DNA of 45,788 nt from Candidatus Doudnabacteria bacterium (GCA_016186915.1 JACPKU010000007.1:1-45788), one strand, 5' to 3'. Numbered from the stretch's first letter, positions 9,075 to 18,239 are shown. Numbers and translations: made by a program. Notes: generated from the sequence alone by a model not told the origin.

Positions 9075-9974
9075 TCACCTAAATGATCTATAAAATTTCC
9101 AAAGATATCTTAACAACAAAATAATCACAATTAGCAAAAGCCATTGCCTATTCAATATAAATACCAACCCTGACAGCAACCCTTTGTATATCTTTTTCCC
9201 AGTAACGCTATTGTCCTTCTCTTCTCGCACCCCAGCCAATCCCTCCTCTCTGGCTTCCTGTTGTTTGATTTCATGGTCCAAATCTTCAATTTTCTTCTCC
9301 AATTTCTCAGTAACCTGCTCGAGCGCACCACTAGTTTTTTCGCCAAGATTATCTGCTACTTTCTGAACCACTGATCCCGCTCCACTCGTGGGATTGGAAT
9401 TTTGTTTTACTTCTTCACCATCATTTACTCCATCATTGTCAGTGTCAGGATTAAGCGGATCAGTGCCAAGTTTCTCTTCTTGTTCATCGTCCAAACCATC
9501 ATTGTCATCATCAGGGTCTTCCTTGTCTCCAACCTCATCATTGTCTGTGTCAATGTCAACAAATCTTTTATCCACGCTCGAAATGCTAAAGCCCAAATCA
9601 ATTGGTTCAGGATCATTTCCTGCGATGGTTTTGTAAGTGTCTATTAACTTAACATAAATTTCATGTTCGCCTGCGGTTGCCGCCCAATCTGTCCATTTCT
9701 CGATGAGTCTGCCGTCAATTACTTCGAACTCATTCTCACCCAAAACCTGATCCTTATCGAAAAACTGAATCTTGCCTGTGATATCAAATCCAGACTGGTT
9801 TTGGAGCGCAGTGTAAATCCGGACGTCATCCCCGGCAAAAAACGGATACTCTGAATACCAAATCCCACTCACAAACCCCGCATTCACCCCTGGCTCCTGA
9901 GCCGTCACCAAACAAAAAGGCAGAGTCAAGCCTAATAATATTGCAAGGCTATTTTTTAATCTGTTTAATTTCAT
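9075..9974 (-). CDS. Secreted, C-terminally anchored protein with Ca-binding DxDxDG (TSP3-like) repeats
   Basis: Signal peptide, Ig/CARDB-like N-domain, DTDNDEVGD..DPDDDNDGLDD..GTDPLNPDTDNDG, C-terminal TM. Confidence 0.8.
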   Translation of the reverse strand: MKLNRLKNSLAILLGLTLPFCLVTAQEPGVNAGFVSGIWYSEYPFFAGDDVRIYTALQNQSGFDITGKIQFFDKDQVLGENEFEVIDGRLIEKWTDWAATAGEHEIYVKLIDTYKTIAGNDPEPIDLGFSISSVDKRFVDIDTDNDEVGDKEDPDDDNDGLDDEQEEKLGTDPLNPDTDNDGVNDGEEVKQNSNPTSGAGSVVQKVADNLGEKTSGALEQVTEKLEKKIEDLDHEIKQQEAREEGLAGVREEKDNSVTGKKIYKGLLSGLVFILNRQWLLLIVIILLLRYLWKFYRSFR

Positions 9975-10317
9975 AAATATTTCCGTCAGGGCCGCGGAAG
10001 TGAGCCCAGCGAGAGTTGGTGCCTTGGATAGGACCTATAAATCCTATGCCTTTACTCTCTAATTCTTTTCGCGCTGCTTCTATATTATCCACTTCAAAGC
10101 CGGCGACCGGACCAGTGGTGAAATGATCGTGGTTAGGAGCATTAGGGTCGTTGTTGCCATAAATTTCAACCTTATCTCCGTTTGGCATTGCAAACGTAGC
10201 AAACCCTGGTTCAAAATGATCCTGCTCTAGCTTTAGTGTGTCTTTATAGAACTTATAAAGTTCTTCAAATTTATCCGTCTTAACTCCTAAATAGACAATG
10301 CCTTTTATCACTTTCAT
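9949..10317 (-). CDS. VOC/glyoxalase-family protein
   Basis: FYKDTL, FEVDNIEAARKEL..KG and FRGPDGNIYEI motifs. Confidence 0.88.
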   Translation of the reverse strand: MKVIKGIVYLGVKTDKFEELYKFYKDTLKLEQDHFEPGFATFAMPNGDKVEIYGNNDPNAPNHDHFTTGPVAGFEVDNIEAARKELESKGIGFIGPIQGTNSRWAHFRGPDGNIYEIKQIKK

Positions 10318-10396
10318 ACCTCAATCATATCAAAATATTACCTTCTCCGCACCAACTAAAATAACATAAAAATATCTATAGATATTTTTATGTTAT

Positions 10397-10425
10397 TTGA
10401 AAAGTTAGTGGATTTTGGGTATAAT
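10397..10425 (+). promoter_or_regulatory. sigma70 promoter of the tRNA-Pro locus
   Basis: TTGAAA-17-TATAAT. Confidence 0.6.
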
Positions 10426-10537
10426 AATAAAAGTTCGCAGACTTCGGGGACTGGCTCAATCCCGACGCTTGCGGTCGGGACTCCGACTGAAACGTCGGAG
10501 TTGGCTTACAGAGGCCAGTCTTCAAACAACAATCCAT

Positions 10538-10614
10538 CGGGGACTGGCTCAATTGGCTAGAGCGCTCGCTTTGGGAGCGAGAGGTTCCGGGTTCAAGTCC
10601 CGGGTCCCCGACCA
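10538..10614 (+). tRNA. tRNA-Pro(TGG)
   Basis: CGGGGAC acceptor, CTCGC-TTTGGGA-GCGAG anticodon arm, GGTTCAAGTCC, CCA end; hairpin plus T-run terminator follows. Confidence 0.95.
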
Positions 10615-10646
10615 ACATTACCCGCTATGCGGGTTTTTATTTTACT

Positions 10647-10677
10647 TGTAAGATTGTTATGATTATCACGTCATATA
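10647..10677 (+). promoter_or_regulatory. Putative autoregulatory ECF-sigma promoter (second copy at 11272-11302)
   Basis: TGTAAGATT-11 nt-CACGTCATATA occurs twice with identical spacing; CGTC is a typical ECF -10 core. Confidence 0.7.
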
Positions 10678-10683
10678 CAATGT

Positions 10684-11181
10684 ATGTTTAAATCCCAAGA
10701 ACGGCAATTCCTTAAGGCATATGATGAATATGCTGACAGTATATACCGGCACTGCTACTTCCGGGTTTTTCAGAAAGAACAAGCGCAGGACCTAGTGCAG
10801 GACACGTTCACCAAAACATGGGAGTACCTCTCCAAAGGCAACACAATCGAAAACATCAGAGCCTTTCTCTACCGGACTGCCACCAATTTAATAGTCGACC
10901 AATCACGAAAACCTTCCGAGCTGTCGTTGGAAAGCGCGATGGAAGAAGGGTTTGAGCCGCAGGCCGTGGAAAATATTGAAGTAAACGTTGATACAGAAAT
11001 TTTGGTAAATCGGTTGAAAGATTTGGAGGAACCCTACCGCGAGGTTATTATTCTAAAATACATTGAAGGATTTAAGATCAAAGAAATAGCTGAAATCTTG
11101 GATAAATCTGAAAATATAATTTCTGTAAGGCTCCATAGAGGGGCAAAAAAACTTAAGGAAATACTTAAAGAATATGAGTAA
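10684..11181 (+). CDS. ECF RNA polymerase sigma factor
   Basis: AQDLVQDTFTKTW (region 2), FLYRTATNLIVD, region 4 EIAEIL..SEN.ISVRLHRG. Confidence 0.93.
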   Translation: MFKSQERQFLKAYDEYADSIYRHCYFRVFQKEQAQDLVQDTFTKTWEYLSKGNTIENIRAFLYRTATNLIVDQSRKPSELSLESAMEEGFEPQAVENIEVNVDTEILVNRLKDLEEPYREVIILKYIEGFKIKEIAEILDKSENIISVRLHRGAKKLKEILKEYE

Positions 11182-12289
11182 TATTTTTGACCAATTAAAA
11201 ACTGTAAAACTCGACAAATCGGATAGAAAAAGGATCCGTTCAGATTTAAAATTGTTTGTTAAGCAAAATCCTGTAAGATTTTCAGAAGATCCACGTCATA
11301 TATGGCATAGGTCGTTAATATCATTAAAAGAAAGGAAATTTTCTATGCCAGCAGTATTTTTAGCTCTTGTGCTTGCTTTGAGTGGAGGAACAGCCGCCGC
11401 AGCAAGCGACACTTTGCCGGGCGACTTCCTCTACCCTTACAAACTTCATGTCAATGAGAACGTCCGCTCCTTCTTCGCACTCTCAGAAGAGGCCAGAGCG
11501 GATCTGGCAGTAGATCTCGCAAGTCGCAGGCTTAACGAAGCCGAACGGTTGGCTCTCAGACAAGAATTAAGTGCCGAACATCACGCCATGTTGGAAGCGC
11601 GTTTCCAAGATCGAATTGAGCACATGCAAGCAATCATTACTGATCTGGAAGCAGAAGGTAAAACTGAAGCAGCCGCGGAACTTTCTGCCAAACTGGAAGC
11701 AATGCTGAAAGCTCACGAAGAAATCTTAAGCAAACTCGAGGCCAAGGCACAGGCCGAAGGTGAAGTAAATGCCGAAGCAAAAATCAATTCAGGTCTTGGC
11801 CCCTTACTGAAAAACATTAGAATGCGTCATGGAGCAGCCATGGAGCAACGCGCCGAATTAGAGGCTAAGTTGGAAGGCTCGGATGCCGATGACCGAGCCG
11901 AAGTGATGAGTGAAATTCATATCCGGCAAGCGGAACAAAAGCTCAATCTCGCCCAAAATACACTCGTAAGAGCAGAAGGAAAAATTTCAGCCGATTCCAA
12001 AGCCCGAGCCGAAGGTTACATCAATACTGCTAACGAGCTGTTGGTTCAAGCCAAAACCAAATCCGAAGCCCAAGAATTCAGCGAAGCCATACGCTTAGCG
12101 TTAGAAGCCCAGGCGCAAGCCTTAAATGCAGAATTACTGCTCAAAGCCTACTTACGCTTAGACGCCAACCTCAAAACCGAGCTAGAGGTAGAAAGTGAAA
12201 CCGAAACTGATACTGAGGATTCCAATGTCGAGATTGAATCAGGTCTCCATCTGGAGACCGACGCCGATTTCGAACTTCGCCTCCAATAA
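11174..12289 (+). CDS. Anti-sigma-like membrane protein with DUF5667-type domain
   Basis: Overlaps the sigma stop; TM then LPGDFLYPYK..NE motif and a long helical domain; alternative start at 11345 has an SD. Confidence 0.75.
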   Translation: MSNIFDQLKTVKLDKSDRKRIRSDLKLFVKQNPVRFSEDPRHIWHRSLISLKERKFSMPAVFLALVLALSGGTAAAASDTLPGDFLYPYKLHVNENVRSFFALSEEARADLAVDLASRRLNEAERLALRQELSAEHHAMLEARFQDRIEHMQAIITDLEAEGKTEAAAELSAKLEAMLKAHEEILSKLEAKAQAEGEVNAEAKINSGLGPLLKNIRMRHGAAMEQRAELEAKLEGSDADDRAEVMSEIHIRQAEQKLNLAQNTLVRAEGKISADSKARAEGYINTANELLVQAKTKSEAQEFSEAIRLALEAQAQALNAELLLKAYLRLDANLKTELEVESETETDTEDSNVEIESGLHLETDADFELRLQ

Positions 12290-12357
12290 ACAAAAAGCGG
12301 GAATAAAAAAATGCGCCCCTGTAAATCCAAGGCGCATTTTTTTATGAACCAAGCACT

Positions 12358-12391
12358 CCCTCATACTATTTCATATGTTAAAAGATGAGGG
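12358..12391. repeat. Degenerate copy of a 34-bp palindrome, downstream of the PaaX/Cas2-like gene
   Basis: CCCTCATACTATTTCATATGTTAAAAGATGAGGG, 28/34 identical to 12962-12995. Confidence 0.85.
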
Positions 12392-12393
12392 AA

Positions 12394-12939
12394 TTAAATA
12401 TTGAACATTTTCTCTAGTTCGTTCTTCCTGTCCATCTCCTGACAAATAAGTAGTCGGGTATATTTTCTGACGCGGTAATATTCAGCGATAAAATCTACTT
12501 CGTCTTCACACGGATAGGGGCAGACCCAAACACTTTTTTGAAGATACTTAAAGCCCAGCTCCCGCAGTTTGCTGGTAAAAGCCAGACGCGCCGAATTGAG
12601 CGAAACCGGCACATCAAAAATCACTATTCGCCAAAGTTTATCCCAACGCTTCGGCTTCTCTATCTTTAGATCGTCAACTTGATATTTCAAAATTTTTTCT
12701 TTACCGTTTTTAGTGAGTTTCATGACGATTTTGTTGCCTTCATAACTCATAGAAACCAGACCGTCTTTTTTAAGTTTCTCTAACGATCTTTTAAAATTAT
12801 CCTTTCTGGTTTTACTAAAATCACCAAAACGGCCAAATGCTGCAAACAGGTTGGGAGCCGCTGCAGCCACCACTATCACTCCGGCTAATCCCAAAGCCAA
12901 AAGGACTCCCTTCGCCACTTGTTTTCTACTGATTTTCAT
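12394..12939 (-). CDS. PaaX-like protein (wHTH plus Cas2-like ferredoxin-fold domain), CPR type
   Basis: LTKNG..I.KPKRWDKLWRIVIFDVP..R..F..KL.ELGF..LQKSVWVCPYPC. Confidence 0.85.
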   Translation of the reverse strand: MKISRKQVAKGVLLALGLAGVIVVAAAAPNLFAAFGRFGDFSKTRKDNFKRSLEKLKKDGLVSMSYEGNKIVMKLTKNGKEKILKYQVDDLKIEKPKRWDKLWRIVIFDVPVSLNSARLAFTSKLRELGFKYLQKSVWVCPYPCEDEVDFIAEYYRVRKYTRLLICQEMDRKNELEKMFNI

Positions 12940-12961
12940 TCTATTTTGATCCTTTCTTACC

Positions 12962-12995
12962 CCCTCATAATATTACATATGTAATATTATGAGGG
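12962..12995. promoter_or_regulatory. Perfect 34-bp palindrome upstream of the PaaX/Cas2-like gene (operator or recombination site)
   Basis: CCCTCATAATATTACAT|ATGTAATATTATGAGGG. Confidence 0.8.
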
Positions 12996-13044
12996 AAACG
13001 ATTTACGTTAAAGTTAATAAATAAACCAGCTTCTTCTAAATTGA

Positions 13045-13320
13045 TTATCTTACAGCGTCTTTCAAACCTTTGCCGGCTCGGAACTTAGGCACCTTGGTAG
13101 CAGGGATCTGAATTTTCTCAGACGGATTTCTGGGGTTCACTCCTGTCCTGGCGTGTCTTTCCGAAACCGCAAACACACCAAACCCAGAAATACTCACCTC
13201 TTGCCCGGCGCGCAGAGATTCCATTACCACGTCTACAAAGGCATCCAAAACTTTTTCGGCCTCAGGTTTGGTCACCTGCAACTTATTCGCTAAGGCATCA
13301 ATCACATCTTGTTTGTGCAT
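13045..13320 (-). CDS. hup: DNA-binding protein HU
   Basis: VSISGFGVF...ARTGVNPRNP...IPATKVPKFRAGKGLKDAV. Confidence 0.95.
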   Translation of the reverse strand: MHKQDVIDALANKLQVTKPEAEKVLDAFVDVVMESLRAGQEVSISGFGVFAVSERHARTGVNPRNPSEKIQIPATKVPKFRAGKGLKDAVR

Positions 13321-13323
13321 ATT

Positions 13324-15357
13324 TTATATATTTATTTTGCCTTTACTTACCACACTATAACAAAAAATACCCAACATGACAAAGCCTATCAAATCAAAAT
13401 TATACTTGACTCCCGTGGTTGGCAAACTAACTCCTTTGACATCGCCTCTTTCGGCAATCTGATTTTCTTTTCCTGGAGTAATTACCATACTCCATCTAAA
13501 CTCGCCATCCTCGTCAAGGTTATATGATTGATTTTTCAGCGCGTCCTCATACTCTATTTCTTGCATGATTTTATCCTCAGGATCAATCAAACGCACTGTT
13601 TCCTGACCTGAATTATTCAATGCTATTTTACTAACAGACTTGGTAACAAACCCAATTTCTCCAGGCTCTAATACTAAACTTGTTATGGTATATTTGCTCG
13701 CGTTGTCTGCCAGAACCCAGCCAGTCAAATCAGCGACCTCCTCTCCTGTATTTTTTAACTCGATAAATTCCTCGACACCGACATCTGGTTCAGGAAAAAT
13801 TTCATTGATCAAAATTTTAGTAGGATCAAAACTTGCTGTTTCGGCTTCAAACAAATTCGGCTCCTCTGGCGTGGGCGTGGTCCAAGTCCAAACGCCATCC
13901 TCGTTTTTGGCATAACTTAAATCCTGGATGGCTCCCTCATAACTTACATTGTCAATCAAGGTTTTATCAGGCCAGAACAATCTCACCGTTTCTTTCCCGG
14001 TATTATTTAGCGCAAACTTGCCGGCCGGAATTATGATGATAGCCAATCCGCCCGGCTCAATAATCGGGCTTTGAATTTGGTAAGCGCTACTGCCAATAAC
14101 TGCTTCCACCTCACCATCATCCAAAATCCAGCTATGCAAATCCACAACCATGTCTCCGACATTCATTATTTCCACCCATTCATTGCCGCTGTCCTGCCCG
14201 GAAGGATTGGGAAATATTTCATTCAACTTCACTTCTTTATAGGTAACCAAAGATTGTTCTGCTTGTTGTGTCTCTTTTGAAGAAGAATCTGAACCGTTTG
14301 GTACGGACACAGGAAATTTGTTTGAAGCGCCTTTAGTAACAATTGAAGTCCAAGCGTAGCTGTCATCATCCTTTCGAGCATAAGTTTCATCTGAAGAAGC
14401 GGAGCCGGTATAAGTTACCAAACTCACAAGCTGTCCATTGGGCCAAAATAAACGGACCTCGTCTCCGCCAGAATTATTAAGCGCGAAGCTGCCTTCCGGT
14501 AAATCGATGGCCAAATAGCTTTCTGGTTTGATGACTAGGTTTTCTAAAGTGTAAGCGCTGGAACCAATCTCGCCACTTTCCGAATCATCGTCTAAAATCC
14601 AGCCAGACAAATCTACTTGTGCGTCAGATGAATTAAAAAGCTCGATCCATTCCTCCCCGCTGTCAATCCCGTCTGGATTGGGCAGAAACTCTGAAATAGT
14701 TACACTTGATGAATACTGGATGGTGGACGGAGGATTTGTAGTAGGCTCAGAGGGAGAGGGTTGAGGTGAAGGCGCCTCTGGAGCAAAAGACGAGTTGCGA
14801 GGATTGGGGTCAGCCAAGACAAAATCAAGGCTGTTATTGTTTGTGTCATCGCCGAAACGTAACAATACTTTTTCGGATTCCGGCAAAGCAGCGCTTGATC
14901 CTTCCGGAGAATTATTTTCCGAGCCGCCGTAAGCTAATTTATCTACTATGTTCGGATCCGTTCCTGATTCGACAAACTGATTATCATTCACCAAAAAGAT
15001 GGTGCCGCCGCTCCCAGCACCTGAAAGACTAAAACTAGCATGCACATGGTCAGCCGAAACTGCACCATTATAATCACTGCGCGCAATCAAAAAATATCCA
15101 TGCGCCAGCACTGTGGTATCAGGCAAATTTTTCTTGCCGGTTGTAAGGGGAAAATCGCCGGACGCAGATTTGTATTGAATTGACCAGCCGATCAGAGATA
15201 CGGCCTGACCCGTTGGGTTGAAAATTTCAATAAATTCATCGTTCGCGCCATTATCGCCGCTCACTTGAACCTGACTGATAACCAGGTGGTTAGTCGCTGC
15301 CAAAACCAAAATCGGACTGAATAAAGCCAGCCCTAAAATGTATGCTATTTTTTTCAT
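13324..15357 (-). CDS. Secreted protein with four lamin-tail domains and an LPxTG-like sorting signal
   Basis: Repeated I(S/N)E..PNP.G.D..EW(I/V)E..N....VDL.GW.L; C-terminal LPTTG, hydrophobic stretch, Lys tail. Confidence 0.85.
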   Translation of the reverse strand: MKKIAYILGLALFSPILVLAATNHLVISQVQVSGDNGANDEFIEIFNPTGQAVSLIGWSIQYKSASGDFPLTTGKKNLPDTTVLAHGYFLIARSDYNGAVSADHVHASFSLSGAGSGGTIFLVNDNQFVESGTDPNIVDKLAYGGSENNSPEGSSAALPESEKVLLRFGDDTNNNSLDFVLADPNPRNSSFAPEAPSPQPSPSEPTTNPPSTIQYSSSVTISEFLPNPDGIDSGEEWIELFNSSDAQVDLSGWILDDDSESGEIGSSAYTLENLVIKPESYLAIDLPEGSFALNNSGGDEVRLFWPNGQLVSLVTYTGSASSDETYARKDDDSYAWTSIVTKGASNKFPVSVPNGSDSSSKETQQAEQSLVTYKEVKLNEIFPNPSGQDSGNEWVEIMNVGDMVVDLHSWILDDGEVEAVIGSSAYQIQSPIIEPGGLAIIIIPAGKFALNNTGKETVRLFWPDKTLIDNVSYEGAIQDLSYAKNEDGVWTWTTPTPEEPNLFEAETASFDPTKILINEIFPEPDVGVEEFIELKNTGEEVADLTGWVLADNASKYTITSLVLEPGEIGFVTKSVSKIALNNSGQETVRLIDPEDKIMQEIEYEDALKNQSYNLDEDGEFRWSMVITPGKENQIAERGDVKGVSLPTTGVKYNFDLIGFVMLGIFCYSVVSKGKINI

Positions 15358-15429
15358 ATTTGTTTCTCCTCCTAAAAATATTTATATGTTAAATATATAA
15401 TCAGTATTCTCCGGGTTTAAATAGTCCCG

Positions 15430-15894
15430 CTATTTTCCTTTTTCTTTTTTCTTTTCCATTGCTTCGCCTTTTTTCTTTTCTTCTTCTGGCAGGTCCTTAT
15501 ACAAAGTGCCCAAAACACCGTTTATAAACTTCCCACTGCTTTCTCCTCCAAATGTCTTGCCCAACTCCACTGCTTCGTTGATTACCACTTTGGGCGGCAC
15601 TGATTTGGCAAACATTAACTCATAAATGCCAAGCCGTAGGATGTTGCGATCCACCACTGTGATCTGATCCAGTGGCCATTCCGGCGCTGTTTTTACTATT
15701 ATTTCATCAATTTTGGGCAAATTATCTTCGACACCTTTAAGCAAATCAAAAATAAAAACAGGATCTTCTAATCCCGGGCCAAACTGCTTAATGTTGTATT
15801 CTGCAATTTCTGCAAGCGGTTTGACTCGGTCGTTGAAGTCCCATTCGTAAAGACTTTGCATCGCAATTGTTCTGGAGAGATGTCTGTTGGCCAT
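15430..15894 (-). CDS. nusB: Transcription antitermination factor NusB
   Basis: [53 protein letters not shown]. Confidence 0.96.
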   Translation of the reverse strand: MANRHLSRTIAMQSLYEWDFNDRVKPLAEIAEYNIKQFGPGLEDPVFIFDLLKGVEDNLPKIDEIIVKTAPEWPLDQITVVDRNILRLGIYELMFAKSVPPKVVINEAVELGKTFGGESSGKFINGVLGTLYKDLPEEEKKKGEAMEKKKEKGK

Positions 15895-15896
15895 AC

Positions 15897-16097
15897 CTAA
15901 CTTTTGACTTTTGACTTTTGACTTTTGAGTTTCAATACTTGCTTGCCTTTGTAGTAGCCGCAGTTGGTGCAGGCCTGATGAGGCATCGCTGGGTATTTAC
16001 AATTCTGACAAATGCTGAGATTGATCTTGCTTAGAGCGTCGTGCGATCGTCTTTGGTTGCGCGAGGATCTGGTTTGTCGTTTTTTAGGTACTGGCAT
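15897..16097 (-). CDS. rpmF: 50S ribosomal protein L32
   Basis: [19 protein letters not shown]...PH.AC..CGYY; C-terminal tail encoded by a (TCAAAAG)n repeat. Confidence 0.95.
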   Translation of the reverse strand: MPVPKKRQTRSSRNQRRSHDALSKINLSICQNCKYPAMPHQACTNCGYYKGKQVLKLKSQKSKVKS

Positions 16098-16202
16098 AAG
16101 GTTAGAATATAGAATGTTGAATGTAGAATATGGACTGTTAATTTATAGCATAAAAAGTTGTGCGAGTCAAAAAAATTACCCTTATATCTCTTTTCTTAGC
16201 GA

Positions 16203-16458
16203 GGAATTCCTGCGAAATTAGCCTTCGGAACCCTGCCCGCGGCAGGGTGAGAACGCAGGGAACGTCTGACGTTCCAGGCTGCGTTTCGTAGCAACGAAAC
16301 GACAGCCGTTAATTTCGCAGGAATTCCGAGCGCTCCCAGGCAGCTGCCGACGAACAGGAGACCAGCGCTAGTTTTGCAAATAGTACTGGATTCGTCGACA
16401 GGTGTCTGAAAACGGGATGGAGAGAGCGCAAGTGCGGTTAAGCTACCGCGCTCTCTCC
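16203..16458. ncRNA. Putative structured RNA/ssDNA domain at the end of cassette 1
   Basis: Perfect 18-bp stem GGAATTCCTGCGAAATTA/TAATTTCGCAGGAATTCC (16203-16220/16310-16327) enclosing three hairpins; GGAGAGAGCGC/GCGCTCTCTCC stem at 16409-16458. Confidence 0.6.
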
Positions 16459-16469
16459 TTGAACGCACC

Positions 16470-16733
16470 TCACGGATCTGGTTCGTCAGCCAGGCCGAAA
16501 GGGACGTTATTGCAGTCCGGGTCTTGCTCGCACTCGGCCAGCGCTTTCTCCATCTTGCGCTGGAAGCGCTGGTCAGGCGTGCGGACTGCTTCGAGCTCCT
16601 GACGCACCTCCTCGCTGGGATTAGGCGCGAGCAGTACAAGCAACGCCCCTATCACCAGCAACGAGACGACCGCCGCAATCACCCACGCGAGCACGCTATT
16701 GCCTTGGGGCGATCCAACGATTTCGCCTCGCAT
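16470..16733 (-). CDS. Orphan single-TM protein (87 aa), cassette 1
   Basis: Start reassigned to the ATG at 16733 behind AAGGGGG; TM helix then charged helix and CxxxxxC. Confidence 0.65.
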   Translation of the reverse strand: MRGEIVGSPQGNSVLAWVIAAVVSLLVIGALLVLLAPNPSEEVRQELEAVRTPDQRFQRKMEKALAECEQDPDCNNVPFGLADEPDP

Positions 16734-16746
16734 AGTTTGTCCCCCT

Positions 16747-16860
16747 TTAGAGCAAGGCCGCCGCGACCACAATGATTGCGATCACGACGATGGCGCCAAC
16801 TACGTACTTGGCCCGCCCTGACTGCTTGGGCGGTTCCGGGTTCAGTAGGATCGACGGCAT
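16747..16860 (-). CDS. Orphan 37-aa membrane peptide, cassette 1 (not in ORF track)
   Basis: GGGAGG-aaaca-ATG; MPSILLNPEPPKQSGRAKYVVGAIVVIAIIVVAAALL. Confidence 0.6.
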   Translation of the reverse strand: MPSILLNPEPPKQSGRAKYVVGAIVVIAIIVVAAALL

Positions 16861-16871
16861 TGTTTCCTCCC

Positions 16872-17036
16872 TCAGTGTACCGTTGGCCGACCCAACGGAT
16901 GAAAACAAACGCGAATGACCACGTCCTCGAGTTCTTGACGCTCAAGCGCGATCTCGTCGCGACTCAAACGCTTGGGACCAGTAGGACCATATCCGAACCT
17001 CGCGAACTTGTTTGGGACGTCAGGACCCTTTTGCAT
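16872..17036 (-). CDS. Orphan 54-aa protein, cassette 1 (not in ORF track)
   Basis: AGGAGG SD; MQKGPDVPNKFARFGYGPTGPKRLSRDEIALERQELEDVVIRVCFHPLGRPTVH; tiles head-to-tail with the next two ORFs. Confidence 0.6.
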   Translation of the reverse strand: MQKGPDVPNKFARFGYGPTGPKRLSRDEIALERQELEDVVIRVCFHPLGRPTVH

Positions 17037-17106
17037 ATAATGGTCCTCCTACACCTCCACAATATAAGATACTTTGAGAATTCATACAAGCATCCTAAAT
17101 TCCAAA

Positions 17107-17395
17107 GGCTTCTCCCGCCGCTAAGCTTGAAGCTCAAGCTCACTGGCGGGAGAAGATCTGAAGTCTTGGGGGACTATCAGATCTCCGTGAAGTTTCCTGG
17201 CGGGGGCCAGTGTAAGCTGGCAGCCTGCGTTTGAAACGCAGTTAGGAAACCTCGGTTTGCCGGTGGATTTTGTGGGTCCCCTATCACCGGCAGGTGGGCG
17301 AACTCCGACGGACCGAGCAGCCGGCCTTGGCGTCAAGTCGAATGACCCGAAGGCCAAGCGCCAAAAGCGCTGCGACAGCGAGAAAGGTGCATAGC
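17107..17395 (+). ncRNA. Putative structured RNA/ssDNA domain at the end of cassette 2
   Basis: Consecutive stems CTTCTCCCGCC/GGCGGGAGAAG, AGATCTGA/TCAGATCT, GTTTCCT/AGGAAAC, CTCGGTTT/GGACCGAG (G-U on +), TGCCGGTG/CACCGGCA, GGCCTT/AAGGCC. Confidence 0.6.
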
Positions 17396-17420
17396 TCAGC
17401 CATCGGACTCCTCCTTCGCC

Positions 17421-17636
17421 TCATCCGAGCCTTCTTTTCCAAACCAACCAAGCGCCGACAACGCCTGGCAAGTATACGATGGCAGCCTCGACAAAGACTG
17501 CCGTGACACCCCAGCCGAGCCCCAACTTAGGCTCCAGCCAGAGCCACAGCGGGTCGTGAACATCGCCGATGGGTCCGCCCTGAAAGGCGAATAGAAAGCC
17601 GGATAGTGCGAGCAAAAACACACCCAGAATTTGCAT
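17421..17636 (-). CDS. Orphan 71-aa two-TM membrane protein, cassette 2
   Basis: AAAAGGAGGA-cttg-ATG at 17636; hydrophobic with a basic WKRR C-terminus. Confidence 0.7.
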   Translation of the reverse strand: MQILGVFLLALSGFLFAFQGGPIGDVHDPLWLWLEPKLGLGWGVTAVFVEAAIVYLPGVVGAWLVWKRRLG

Positions 17637-17854
17637 CAAGTCCTCCTTTTGCGTCCACAATTCAGGATATTTATTCTAAGAAGTTCTGTGAGACTAAAAT
17701 TACTTGATTCTCTCTTAACTTAAATAAATATCCTACTTTTGCGGAAACAAACTAGTTTGCAAGAAGTTTAATCTTTCAACTAACAACTGTCAACTGTCAT
17801 TTCCGATCCTCTGACCTCCACTTCAATACGTTAAAGTATTAAAGTGAAGCCCAA

Positions 17855-17986
17855 GGGAAGGGAGGCTGGACGAAACGCAGTGAAGCGAATCGACCAGCCA
17901 TACTAAGAGGGATCTGTGCGCGGATATGGAATCCGCACAGCGCGGTCACCTTCTTCACGATGTCCACCGGGCGGTGGATCAAGCCG
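17855..17986 (+). ncRNA. Conserved structured element, copy 1 (homologous to 19022-19165)
   Basis: Three-hairpin fold with compensatory changes relative to copy 2. Confidence 0.7.
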
Positions 17987-18239
17987 TCGGGTGGTAAATG
18001 AACCCGCCCAGGTTGTCGGGACTGCACGAGCCGTCGCATACCCCCTTTGGCTCGAACGAGATGTCCTCTGCGTAGCTCACGTTACCGTCCTGGTCGAACC
18101 AGACATGGATCAACCAATCAACGTGAGAGTGGCCGTCGCAACCGTAATTCCTCTGGACTTCCACCTTGCCGAGGCCACCGCGGACATCAGCAGGCTCCTT
18201 GCTCTCCACCTCAACTCCGTAAATTCGGTAACCGTTCAT
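17979..18239 (-). CDS. Orphan 86-aa Cys/His-containing protein, cassette 3
   Basis: AAAAAGGAGGA-cagc-ATG at 18239; CDGHSH...CDGSC possible metal site; a 26-codon uORF (18236-18316) overlaps its start as ATGA. Confidence 0.7.
   Translation of the reverse strand: MNGYRIYGVEVESKEPADVRGGLGKVEVQRNYGCDGHSHVDWLIHVWFDQDGNVSYAEDISFEPKGVCDGSCSPDNLGGFIYHPTA

Noticed and set aside
12394-12939. CRISPR-Cas locus suggested by Cas2-like domains (also 44396-44962)
   Set aside because: No cas1 or effector genes and no regularly spaced identical repeats with unique spacers anywhere in the window
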